Source: Hymenobacteraceae bacterium
GTDB taxonomy: Bacteria > Bacteroidota > Bacteroidia > Cytophagales > Hymenobacteraceae
Assembly: GCA_046590685.1 (NCBI GenBank)
Contig: JBKJUQ010000056.1
Location: forward strand, 1-41,795
Reading direction: 5' to 3'
Length of the DNA: 41,795 bases
A program made the position numbers and the translations under genes. Within the stretch, counting starts at the first letter, position 1. Every line of letters begins with the position of its first letter. A model generated the notes under the pieces. The model saw only the letters and a list, made by a program, of their open reading frames with translations, was not told where the DNA came from and ran no database searches. Below, in pieces: positions 15,447-24,485 of the stretch.

Positions 15447-17759
15447 TTAACGCAGCGTGTAGCGCAAGCCCGCGTAGGTTAGGCGCCCAAAAACCGGTCC
15501 CCACACCATCCCCGCGTCGAAGCGCGAGCTAAAGGGGGCATCAGCAGCTACAATGACCGCTGGCTGGCGATAGTTGGTGAAATTTTCAACCCCCACGTAG
15601 ATCTCCAGTTGCTTAAAGGCTCTGGTGACTTGCGAGTTGAACAGCGCATAGCGGGGTGTAGTGCGCATCGGGGGAGCGAGGGCCGATTCAGGGGTGCCCG
15701 CTTGAGTATGGGCATGGTCGAGGCCGGGCAGCGGGCGCTGGCCATACCACTGCGCGGTGAGGTCGAACCGCCATTTATCAAATGCCGACGCGTACCCTAA
15801 GTTCAGAAAAGCGCGGTGGCGCGGCAGCAACGCCCGCGGCAGCTCATAGCCGCCCGAGTAGGTGCTACGCACGTCGTACCATTTCCAGGCGCCCTTTACT
15901 TGGAGACCTTTCAGCACTTCGTAGTGCGCTTCTACCTGCACCGCTTGCGCCACGGAGTTACCGCGCAGATTCGAGAACGTGATCGCGGCGGGGTTGGCAT
16001 ACATATCTACTACCACTTGCTGGGTGAACGTGGTGTGGTAGTAATCGAGAATGACCGCCCCGGGGCGGCCGTGCCACGCGAAGTAGCGCGTCAGCGAAGC
16101 CCCCAGGTTGCGGGCGCGCTCGGGCCGCAGCACCGAGTCGAGGAATACGATCGACCGCGAAGAGGTGAGCGCGTACGAATTCTCCGCCACCGGATTCGCC
16201 ACCCGGAAACCCGTACCGGCGCTCAGGCGCAGTACGGTCTCCGGCGTAAAATCGTATTTCACGCTCAGCCGGGGCGTCAGGATTGGCCCATACAGGTTGT
16301 GCTGATCTATCCGTAAGCCAGCAACGGCCGTCAGCCGACGACTGTCTTGATACGTGTACTCGCCGAAGGCGCCGGGCACGCGCTCGCGGCGGGTTCGCGG
16401 GCGGGCGCTATTCAGCGTCTCGCTGACGTCATCGTACAGGTAGGAAACGCCCGCTTTCCACACGTGCGCCGTCGTACCCAAAATCCCCTGCATCAGGGCG
16501 GTAGCCTGAAAGGTATTCTGGCGCCCACCGTAGGGCCGGCGGCCGTAGACAGCGACCCCGTCGTGCCCGGTCACGTTGGCGAGTACGCCAATGGTTTGGT
16601 ACGGCCGCCCAGCGAACGTGTAGGCCGCCCGGCCAAATGCCGTCAGTCGGTTGGTGGTACTCGTCACGCCGTAGGCAGCACTGGTCAGCGGATTGTCGCT
16701 CCGCCCAAAGGCCATTTGGCCGGCCCGCCGGGTTTCGCGCAGCCCTCCTCCGCCTAGCTCTACCATCCAGTTTGTCCCATCCTTGTACTTCCACTTCGCC
16801 AGCGCATTGTACTGAGTGGCGAGGGGCAGATCCAGGAAGCCGTCGTGGTTGCGGTCGGCGCGGTGAGCAAGATGGTCGGCGTGCAGCAGCAGCTCGGCGG
16901 AAGTACGCGCCGTGAGCGGCGTGGCGGCGACTACGTTGTAGTCGGTTTTGCCCAGGTCGTTGCCGTAAACGTTTACGTGGAGTCGCTCGGCTTTATCGGG
17001 CTCTTTGAGGCGGATGTTCACCTGCCCGCTAATGCCTTCGTAGCCATTCACCACTGAACCCGTGCCTTTGATGATGTCAATTGCCTCGATCCACGGGCCA
17101 GCCAGGTAATTAAGCCGGTAGGGGGTCGCCAGGCCCCGCAACGCGGGCTGATTGTCTACCGTCAGCAACGAGTAAGCCCCGTCGAGTCCGAGTAGCTGAA
17201 TCTGCTTGGCGCCGGAAACCGCATCCGTGGTGGAAACCTCTACGGCCGCGTTGGTTTCGAAGCTTTCGGCCAGATTGCAACACGCCGACTTCGTAAGGTC
17301 ACGCGTCGAAATCGTTTCCATCAGCCCGACACTACTAGCCGAATGCGCTTCGCGCTGCCCGACCACCCGCGCCTCACCGAGGGCCGTGGGCGCTTGAAGC
17401 CCAATGGTCACGGGTCCCGCAGCGGGGCTCATCAGGCGAAGCGTATCGGGCCGCAGGCCCAGAAACCGGACGACTAATCGCCACGGTGGCGCGGTGGCGG
17501 GGTAAGCGATGGAAAACTGGCCGTCCGCATCCGCCGCCGTGCCCTGCCGGGTGCCCAGCCAACTGATGCTCGCCCCCGGCAGGGCTTCCCGCGCACCAGC
17601 GGCTTCCGTCACGCGGCCCGTCAGCGGGCGAATGCCGGCCGACGGCGCCTGCGCCCAGCCGGGCGCGGTGCGCAACAGCGCGCCCAGCAGCAACAGCCAG
17701 GCACCTAATTGGCGCGTGGCTTTCCGAAGGCAAGAAATACCTACTGGAGCGTGCATCAT
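15447..17759 (-). CDS. TonB-dependent receptor with N-terminal CarboxypepD_reg-like domain
   Basis: Signal peptide, LTGRVTEAAG...GASISWLGT...TAADADGQFSI (carboxypeptidase-regulatory-like domain), plug segment KSACCNLAESFETNAAVEV...IDIIKGTGSVVNGYEGISGQVNI, and a C-terminal barrel ending GLRYTLR. Confidence 0.85.
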   Translation of the reverse strand: MMHAPVGISCLRKATRQLGAWLLLLGALLRTAPGWAQAPSAGIRPLTGRVTEAAGAREALPGASISWLGTRQGTAADADGQFSIAYPATAPPWRLVVRFLGLRPDTLRLMSPAAGPVTIGLQAPTALGEARVVGQREAHSASSVGLMETISTRDLTKSACCNLAESFETNAAVEVSTTDAVSGAKQIQLLGLDGAYSLLTVDNQPALRGLATPYRLNYLAGPWIEAIDIIKGTGSVVNGYEGISGQVNIRLKEPDKAERLHVNVYGNDLGKTDYNVVAATPLTARTSAELLLHADHLAHRADRNHDGFLDLPLATQYNALAKWKYKDGTNWMVELGGGGLRETRRAGQMAFGRSDNPLTSAAYGVTSTTNRLTAFGRAAYTFAGRPYQTIGVLANVTGHDGVAVYGRRPYGGRQNTFQATALMQGILGTTAHVWKAGVSYLYDDVSETLNSARPRTRRERVPGAFGEYTYQDSRRLTAVAGLRIDQHNLYGPILTPRLSVKYDFTPETVLRLSAGTGFRVANPVAENSYALTSSRSIVFLDSVLRPERARNLGASLTRYFAWHGRPGAVILDYYHTTFTQQVVVDMYANPAAITFSNLRGNSVAQAVQVEAHYEVLKGLQVKGAWKWYDVRSTYSGGYELPRALLPRHRAFLNLGYASAFDKWRFDLTAQWYGQRPLPGLDHAHTQAGTPESALAPPMRTTPRYALFNSQVTRAFKQLEIYVGVENFTNYRQPAVIVAADAPFSSRFDAGMVWGPVFGRLTYAGLRYTLR

Positions 17760-17796
17760 CGAGCCGGTGGGGTCGTAGCAGAATTCTTTAGGGTTG

Positions 17797-17873
17797 GTAG
17801 CATTCCGCAGAAAAAATTACGCAATGCTACAAATCCGTAGCATTCACCAGAAAAAAGAATTGAAAGCTACAAA
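17797..17873. promoter_or_regulatory. Two tandem 40-bp units, each with an internal inverted repeat GTAGCATT...AA(T/A)GCTAC, upstream of the TonB-receptor operon
   Basis: Unit 1 (17797-17833) is GTAGCATTCCGCAGAAAAAATTACGCAATGCTACAAA. Unit 2 (17837-17873) is GTAGCATTCACCAGAAAAAAGAATTGAAAGCTACAAA. They lie 38-114 bp upstream of the receptor ATG at 17759. Confidence 0.45.
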
Positions 17874-17914
17874 CGTGCGCTCAGCTTCGACCGCAATGAG
17901 TTTGCGCCAAAACG

Positions 17915-17953
17915 CCACGGCCCGCCCACGAACCTTTCGCGGGCGGGCCGTGG
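17915..17953 (-). terminator. Rho-independent-type terminator after the PorU-like gene
   Basis: Perfect 13-bp stem CCACGGCCCGCCC (17915-17927) with GGGCGGGCCGTGG (17941-17953). On the minus strand it is followed by CGTTTTGG. It lies 20 nt downstream of the stop at 17973. Confidence 0.6.
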
Positions 17954-17972
17954 CCCCGTCAGTACTACGCCG

Positions 17973-20900
17973 CTAGCGCAGGATATAAAGCTTGCCCCAC
18001 GTCTTGTGGAAAGCCTTATTATCGCCCGCCGTCTTGAAGCTCTTGAACGAATCGGCGTCGTCCTGCACGACCACCCGGTAGAGGTAAACCCCGTTGGCGA
18101 GCGGATCGCCATACTCATCGGTGCCGTTCCAGGTAGCCGTGCTGGTGTTGTTGCCCACGCGCAGGTCGGTGCCAAGCTCCTCCTTCGTGATCTCGCGCAC
18201 CACCCGGCCCGTTACGGTCATCACCTGAATCTTCAGATTCTGGGGCACTTTGCCCGTAATCGTGAACAGGAAGCGGGTGTTCGTCGAGAACGGGTTCGGA
18301 TACGGGTAGAAGTTCGAGATCATGGTCTCGTTGATTACCCGAAACTCCGATTTGTAGGTGTCGACCCCGGCGATGTTACCGGCAGGGTCGGTTGCCTGCA
18401 CCTCCAGCTTATAGACTCCATCGGCGAGCCTTCCGGGCTCGTACGTGACGAGTAGCGGTCGGGTAGCGGTAGCGGCCTGAATCCGCACCTGAGGGGAAGT
18501 GATGGGAATCTGCTCGCCCACAGTTTGGCCGGGGCGAGTCAGAACGAGTACTACCTGTTGCGGATCAAGCGGCACATTCCTGTCCTCATCCCGCACGGAA
18601 ATGGTAATTATTGGCGCGGGCGCCACGATATCACCGTGCAGAATATGCTGCCCATCGAACGCCACATCGATCAGGGGTGCCAGATTCGGATTCACGACCC
18701 GGAAGGGAGTTTCAAAGGTGTTGTTGAATTCGTACTGCTCAGGCTGCATCAGGCCCGGGTTCACCGTCACGCGCAACCGGTAATCGCCGGTTACCTGGGG
18801 CACGGGTAGACGAATAGACGCCCAGGCAATCGAGTCAGGTCGCAAGGGGGCAATTTTGACCGGCAACAGGCTGCCGACAACGTTATTGCCCAAAATCAAT
18901 TCGAACTTCACGGTGATAGAATCGCGAAATGCCACGGTCGAGATATTCTGAAACGGCACTTTCAGGTGCACGAAACCACTATCGACCTGCGGGCTAAGAT
19001 CCAGCGCCCAACGCGGCACCAGATCGGTGCGGACGACCCCTTCCGGCACGCCTTCGTACGTTACGAGCCACTGGCGCAGCTGCGGCGCCACGCGGTTAGC
19101 TGAGTCCTGCGAGGACATCTCAAGGCGAGCTTTCGGAAAACGCACCGGGTCAATTTGCCCTGTGAGCGAGAACGGCGAATCAGAAGCCGTCAGGATCGGA
19201 ATCGGAGCACCGTCGCGGCCGTCGGTATCAATCGGCACTAAAGTCAACTGGTAGTTGGAGGTAGTCGACAGGCGCTTGACCGTGTGATGAACTTCCAGCC
19301 ACCGCTGTACCGGCCCGATGACCGTAGAGACGACCCGACCGCGCGGCTCGTTCGTCTGCCGAATGGTATCAAGAACGATGGTCTGCCCCCAGCGCTCTGG
19401 CAAGCTACGGTCGTAGGTTTTTTCGCTCGCTGAGCCCGGAGCGCCACCCTTCGTGCCCACGATTACGAAAGGATCGCCGGAATGCAAGGAGTCAATCAGG
19501 TTTGAGCCGAGTGAGCGAATAGCCTCCAGCATGGCTGGGCGTTGCGCGCGGATCTCATCGAAGGGTACGCGGTTAGCTGAAACCAGCGCCACGATATAGC
19601 CAGCGGGTACCCGCTCCAGCAGCTTAGCCACGGAGTCGACACGGGCCGAGGTCAGCGTATCATAAACATTTCCGGTAGTTCCGATGCGCACCCGCTCCAT
19701 CAACCCTACCCGGGAAAGCGGCACCGCGGGATTGACGTTTCCATAGGCGCTGAACATGTTGTAGGGATAGTTTGGCGAACCATCATCCTGGCCGTACGCG
19801 GTCGAAGGATCGGCAAGGACCCGCTTCTGCCCACTGCTAGTGACGAAGATGGAATCAACAATCGTGACCGGCTCCAGCGTGCGCGGATCGAAGACCATCA
19901 GGAAGACGTTCGAAACGGCGATGTGGGTCGTCGCGCGCATGCCGGCCGATTGGTTGAACGTGATACCATTGGGCGGAACCGTGAACGTGCGGCCCGCCGA
20001 AGAACCGCCACTGACCTGATACACGGAGCTGTCGCCACTGACCGTACGCAACACGAGTCGTAGCAGCGTAGGCGAGTAGTTCCACCGTCCTGAAGGAGTG
20101 GCTTGCCGAAGACTCGTTTTACGATCGCGCGCGAACTGCCCGTAGTGGCTCTGCGACCACCCACCCGGCGAAGCCATTACGTGTCGGAATGAGGAAGTAG
20201 CCCACGACGAATCCTCAGCGGGTAAAATTGTCTGCGGCCGGAAGCGCCAGTACCACACCAGCGAGTCTTGACCAACTACGGCTGGCAGTGTCGGGCGCCA
20301 GATTGGGTAACGACCTGCAGTGACGAGCTCCTGACGCCGAATCGGCGAGCTGAAGCTCGCCACCGTGTCCAACTCAAAAGTGTAGGTGCGGTTTTGGGCC
20401 AATGGCTGATCGTATTCCCCGACCAAGCCGGGGCTACTCGTTGGCACGATGGCAAACTCCTGGGGGAACAGCGGGAACACACTACCCGACGGGAAGGTGT
20501 GCTGCAACACCGCCCGGTTGTTCGTCTCGTTTAGCTCCTGGACCGAATCCGGCCAGTCGACCGTGACCTCGAATGTGTTGACACCTTGCGCGGCCGCGTC
20601 GGGCGGATTAGGCACGGTGATAACGAGTGTATCGCCAAAGAAGACGGGCCGGAAGGTTTGGTTTACGGGCTGCGTACTGCTCGCGTACGAGCGCCGAACC
20701 TGAACGCGCACCGAATCGTGGGTGGCTTTGCCGAGGTTGCGAACCGCCACGACCACTTCCACGCCCGTAGCACGCGCCGTCAGACGCTGTCCGGGTAAGG
20801 GACGAAGACTGATCGTGGTATTATCGATTTCGTAATCTGGCTGCGTTGGAGTATACAGGTGCGTGGCGGGATCGCTTTGCAAGATCATTTCCAGCAGCTG

Positions 20901-23300
20901 CACCACGCCGCCTTCGCCGAGGGGCACCAACGTGGGCGACGCGCGCTCGATGGCACGCTTCTGCTGATCACCGAGGTTACGACCGTAAGTAAGCGGATCG
21001 TTGAAGGCCGCCGCGTAGAAGGCATTAGAATAGGTGTTGAGCCGATCCGGGTAGCCTTTGGCGCTATACGCCATAAACGCGATAGCTCCACGCTGGGGCG
21101 TAAGCACCCAATCTTCGCCGAAAGACGGGTTGTATTGACCCTGGATAAGGTTATTGTAGAAAATATTGCCCGAGTTGCAGCCGTTCATCAGCAGCATCGG
21201 GTAGCGCCCGGTATTTCGATAGTTAGCCAACGGATCGGAAGCTAAACCGATATCGATATCCGATACCAACGTCGAAGAATGACCGAAGAAGGTAATCAGG
21301 GCCAACCCACGGTTCACCTGGGCCGAAACGTTGATCTCCGAGACGTTTTGACCGGTATTACCCCGCAGAATGCTCGTCACGTGCCCCCCGAAGTAGACAG
21401 AGTCTTCAACGCGAGAGGCATAGTTATTCAAGTAGCCCCGAAACTGCGACTGCTCACCATTGCCCTTACCTCCCCCCAAATGCAGTACCTCTTTCCGCCA
21501 AGCAGCGGGCGGAGCAGCTTCATGCTCCTGTACTTTAGTCAGGTAATCGGCTACGTGGGCCGTCGTACGGGCCGCGATTCGCCCCGTCGGTATCCGCGGC
21601 GCATATTGGTTGTTACGGAAATCAGCCGTGAACATGACGTCCGAAGCGGGAAATCCGAAAGCCGGGACGAAGCCTTTGTCGTACAGTGAACGATTTTGGA
21701 CGAGCGTTCCCGCCGCGCCGTCACGTGGTTGCGGCTGGTAGCCCTTGCCTACCAGAAACAGGTAACGCGCTGGAGTAGGGCCACTATTCATGAAAGACGC
21801 GAAACGCCGAATCGCGTTCGGCGAAGCATCGCCGTAGTGAAACATGTCGTAAAGCTGATCCATCGCCATCACCACGGTGTCGTAGCGGCCACCCAGCGCC
21901 GAGGCCCGGTACGCCGCGTAGTCGCGGATAGGGTGAGCGCCAGTAGAGTCGGTCATGAGCTCCCGACCGGTAACCAGCAGAAAGGCGTTGCCAACGGGGG
22001 CTAGGGGACGCATCATCACGCCTTGCCCACGGGGCGGTACCTGGGGGTTAGCGTCATCGGCTACGAATACTTGCCGGGCACCGGTAGCCGCTGTGGGCAC
22101 CACCACGCCCCACTGTGCGCCAGTATTGACCCCCGTAATTCGGACTGGGGATGCAGCGTTCGTTACGTCATAGCCCATCGCAGCCGCAGGAGCCGTATCG
22201 AAGAGCAGGTACTGCCTAGTGGTCGTAAGCGTAGAATCGGTTACAACCAGCCGGCTTTGCCGCGCCAGGGTATTGGGTACGGCCGACGCGAGCCGCGTAT
22301 AGGACAACGCCACAATCCGCGAGACGCCCACCGGGGGAACGTCTGCGAGCTCGACGCGGAATACCAAGGAGTTAGTAGCGTCAAAATCGGCGTACGCGAG
22401 CGGTACTTCCAGCAACTGGTGGCCGTAGCCTGTCAACCCGGAGAACGGCCCAATGCTGCGCACAACGGTAATTACTTGACTAGTCCCGGTGCCCGTGACG
22501 CGGACGACGCTTACCTTAAGGGGCTGAGGGGCATCGCCGAAGCTTGCCACCATCACCTGTAAGTGCGGCGCAAGATGCGTGGGGTCAGGAGCAGTAGGCA
22601 GCGTGATCGTCTGAACATCACCAAACTGGACCGTGACGGGCCCGTTGCCTGTCTGAAGAGTATAGCCGAATACCTTACCAACGAAGCCTTCCGACTTATC
22701 GAGCCACGGCATCGAAGTCTCGGCCGACGTATCATACACCTTTCCCCGCTCGTAAAACGAGGTAATAGCTTTCTGCACCCGCGTTACGTGGTAGCGGATC
22801 GGCGTGAGACCCGCTGGGGTCGACGCGAGAGCAGTCATGCGGCGAGTAGGGGATCCGGCCGGAGCGATAGTCAAAAAATAGGCAGCGGTATCCGTGTAAA
22901 GCGGCGCGATGTGCGACACCTGATCTGCCGGATTCTTGTAAAGTTCCGCTTCCAGGAGGCCATCGTTGGGTAGGCCCCAGAAATCGACGTAGTCCGCCGC
23001 GTCCAGACGGCCATCGGCTTCGCCGGCCACGTAAATGGCTTGCTCTTGCCCACGGCGCCAGAGCTGCAACCGGCGCGGGTCGAGGGAGGTAACGGGTACC
23101 CCGGCCGCCGTCAGCCAGTCGCTCGTCAGGCGCTGGATGCCGCGCTGCCCAACTTTGATCTTATAATAGGGCTGGCCGGCTTGAATCCACTCGTTGCCAA
23201 ATTGGCCAAGTGGCGCCGGTTGCGCCAAGGCACGACCGGAACACAACAGTAGACCTAGCAGCGGAAGCAGGCGAACACTGAGAGTAAGAGATCGGATCAT
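17973..23300 (-). CDS. Giant (1775 aa) secreted PorU-like protein with a gingipain-type peptidase C25 domain, CARDB-like domains and a T9SS-type C-terminal domain
   Basis: Signal peptide MIRSLTLSVRLLPLLGLLLCSGRALAQ. C25-like core at about residues 437-760 (YLFLVGKGYQ, FFGHSS with His674 at nt 21279-21281, LLMNGCNSG with Cys708 at nt 21177-21179). CARDB-like segments (VAVRNLGKATHDSVRVQV...ELNETNNRA; QYEFNNTFETPF). C-terminus NFYPYPNPFSTNTRFLF...GVYLYRVVV...GKLYILR. Confidence 0.8.
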   Translation of the reverse strand: MIRSLTLSVRLLPLLGLLLCSGRALAQPAPLGQFGNEWIQAGQPYYKIKVGQRGIQRLTSDWLTAAGVPVTSLDPRRLQLWRRGQEQAIYVAGEADGRLDAADYVDFWGLPNDGLLEAELYKNPADQVSHIAPLYTDTAAYFLTIAPAGSPTRRMTALASTPAGLTPIRYHVTRVQKAITSFYERGKVYDTSAETSMPWLDKSEGFVGKVFGYTLQTGNGPVTVQFGDVQTITLPTAPDPTHLAPHLQVMVASFGDAPQPLKVSVVRVTGTGTSQVITVVRSIGPFSGLTGYGHQLLEVPLAYADFDATNSLVFRVELADVPPVGVSRIVALSYTRLASAVPNTLARQSRLVVTDSTLTTTRQYLLFDTAPAAAMGYDVTNAASPVRITGVNTGAQWGVVVPTAATGARQVFVADDANPQVPPRGQGVMMRPLAPVGNAFLLVTGRELMTDSTGAHPIRDYAAYRASALGGRYDTVVMAMDQLYDMFHYGDASPNAIRRFASFMNSGPTPARYLFLVGKGYQPQPRDGAAGTLVQNRSLYDKGFVPAFGFPASDVMFTADFRNNQYAPRIPTGRIAARTTAHVADYLTKVQEHEAAPPAAWRKEVLHLGGGKGNGEQSQFRGYLNNYASRVEDSVYFGGHVTSILRGNTGQNVSEINVSAQVNRGLALITFFGHSSTLVSDIDIGLASDPLANYRNTGRYPMLLMNGCNSGNIFYNNLIQGQYNPSFGEDWVLTPQRGAIAFMAYSAKGYPDRLNTYSNAFYAAAFNDPLTYGRNLGDQQKRAIERASPTLVPLGEGGVVQLLEMILQSDPATHLYTPTQPDYEIDNTTISLRPLPGQRLTARATGVEVVVAVRNLGKATHDSVRVQVRRSYASSTQPVNQTFRPVFFGDTLVITVPNPPDAAAQGVNTFEVTVDWPDSVQELNETNNRAVLQHTFPSGSVFPLFPQEFAIVPTSSPGLVGEYDQPLAQNRTYTFELDTVASFSSPIRRQELVTAGRYPIWRPTLPAVVGQDSLVWYWRFRPQTILPAEDSSWATSSFRHVMASPGGWSQSHYGQFARDRKTSLRQATPSGRWNYSPTLLRLVLRTVSGDSSVYQVSGGSSAGRTFTVPPNGITFNQSAGMRATTHIAVSNVFLMVFDPRTLEPVTIVDSIFVTSSGQKRVLADPSTAYGQDDGSPNYPYNMFSAYGNVNPAVPLSRVGLMERVRIGTTGNVYDTLTSARVDSVAKLLERVPAGYIVALVSANRVPFDEIRAQRPAMLEAIRSLGSNLIDSLHSGDPFVIVGTKGGAPGSASEKTYDRSLPERWGQTIVLDTIRQTNEPRGRVVSTVIGPVQRWLEVHHTVKRLSTTSNYQLTLVPIDTDGRDGAPIPILTASDSPFSLTGQIDPVRFPKARLEMSSQDSANRVAPQLRQWLVTYEGVPEGVVRTDLVPRWALDLSPQVDSGFVHLKVPFQNISTVAFRDSITVKFELILGNNVVGSLLPVKIAPLRPDSIAWASIRLPVPQVTGDYRLRVTVNPGLMQPEQYEFNNTFETPFRVVNPNLAPLIDVAFDGQHILHGDIVAPAPIITISVRDEDRNVPLDPQQVVLVLTRPGQTVGEQIPITSPQVRIQAATATRPLLVTYEPGRLADGVYKLEVQATDPAGNIAGVDTYKSEFRVINETMISNFYPYPNPFSTNTRFLFTITGKVPQNLKIQVMTVTGRVVREITKEELGTDLRVGNNTSTATWNGTDEYGDPLANGVYLYRVVVQDDADSFKSFKTAGDNKAFHKTWGKLYILR

Positions 23301-23381
23301 AGAGAAAAACCGGAAGGATTAGTAAAGGTGCCCAGCACTGCAGCGGCGATTAGCTAGCCGGTGCGGGCTGCCCAAAACAGA

Positions 23382-24485
23382 TTAATTGAAGGAGTAACCG
23401 AGCGAAACGATGATGCTCGACAGCTTGGCGGAGCCCGTCTGCGAAACGTCGGAGTTAGCCGCGACCTTGGAAAGGGCTAGATCGAGCGTCAAGCCATTGG
23501 TGGCGACGCCAACGCCAAAATTTGGCTGAACGCGTGTTTTATCGCTCCCGTCAAAAGACTTGATTTTCTGCACGTTGTTGAGGCCAGCGCGCACGTAGGC
23601 AATCTGCGCCCAACCAATCTCCAACCCGACGCGGGGATCGACACTGACTGCTTTGCCCGCAAGTAATACATTTCGTTTACCATCGAAGGTGGCGTCGAGA
23701 TCCAGCGCGGTAAGCACCGTAAAGTCCTTACCGATGGCGAACTGCCGGCTTATGCCCAACACCGCGCGCGGCAGCGTCAGCTCTAATGTGTTACCCGGGA
23801 TGGTATTACCGGTTTGCGCGTAGACATCCTTCAACTCATCGGCGTTGATCGACCACGCGTTGAAAGTGCTCGTGACGTCCTTCGCCATCAAGCCGAATTG
23901 CCATTTCCCGCGTCGCAGCTGGGCGCCCGCATCAAGGCCAAAACCGACGGCATTAGCAAACTTGCCCACGTTACGATAAATCACCTTGGCGTTGGCGCCG
24001 ATGCTCAGGCCTTCTACCTGGCTGAGCTTTCGCCCGTAGGACACAAGAAAAGCATAATCCGCGACGGAGAAGTACTGAATCTGATCATATCGCAGATACC
24101 CGTACTGATCGGCAAGGCCCCGCGTATCGGCGATATCATCAACTCCCATTCGAATGACGGACACCCCAAGTGCCGATTTATCGTCGAGGGGCATCGCGAA
24201 AGCCGCGTAATCGTTCTTGACAATGCCCGAGAATAGCTCGGAGTGCATCAGGATGCCATTAAATTTCTTAGGTTGGTACACCAGCCCGGCGGGGTTCCAG
24301 TAACCCGCGGTTGGGCCGTCGGCAATCGCGGCCTGGACGTTACCCATTCCCAGGGCGCGACCGCCAACGCCGATGTTCAAGAACTCGTTGGAATACTTCG
24401 GCGTAGTGGTTTGCGCAAGGGCTGGAAAAGTGGCTACACAGGCCAGCCCGAGCAACGTGGTCAACAAACGGGGAAGTGAGCGCAT
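23382..24485 (-). CDS. PorV/PorQ-family outer-membrane beta-barrel protein (T9SS shuttle-like)
   Basis: Signal peptide ending PALAQ. FLNIGVGGRALGMGNVQAAIADGPTAGYWNPAGL matches the PorV/LptO-type N-terminal signature. Alternating beta-strand pattern with a C-terminal aromatic residue (SLGYSFN). It lies 81 nt upstream of the PorU-like gene on the same strand. Confidence 0.75.
   Translation of the reverse strand: MRSLPRLLTTLLGLACVATFPALAQTTTPKYSNEFLNIGVGGRALGMGNVQAAIADGPTAGYWNPAGLVYQPKKFNGILMHSELFSGIVKNDYAAFAMPLDDKSALGVSVIRMGVDDIADTRGLADQYGYLRYDQIQYFSVADYAFLVSYGRKLSQVEGLSIGANAKVIYRNVGKFANAVGFGLDAGAQLRRGKWQFGLMAKDVTSTFNAWSINADELKDVYAQTGNTIPGNTLELTLPRAVLGISRQFAIGKDFTVLTALDLDATFDGKRNVLLAGKAVSVDPRVGLEIGWAQIAYVRAGLNNVQKIKSFDGSDKTRVQPNFGVGVATNGLTLDLALSKVAANSDVSQTGSAKLSSIIVSLGYSFN

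Noticed and set aside
17760-17972. Cobalamin or other riboswitch, or a Fur box, upstream of the TonB-dependent receptor; also the 60-aa ORF 17794..17976
   Set aside because: I could not see a B12-box-like element or a Fur-type 19-bp palindrome. The small ORF is highly basic, spans the repeat units and a terminator hairpin, and has no coding-like bias.
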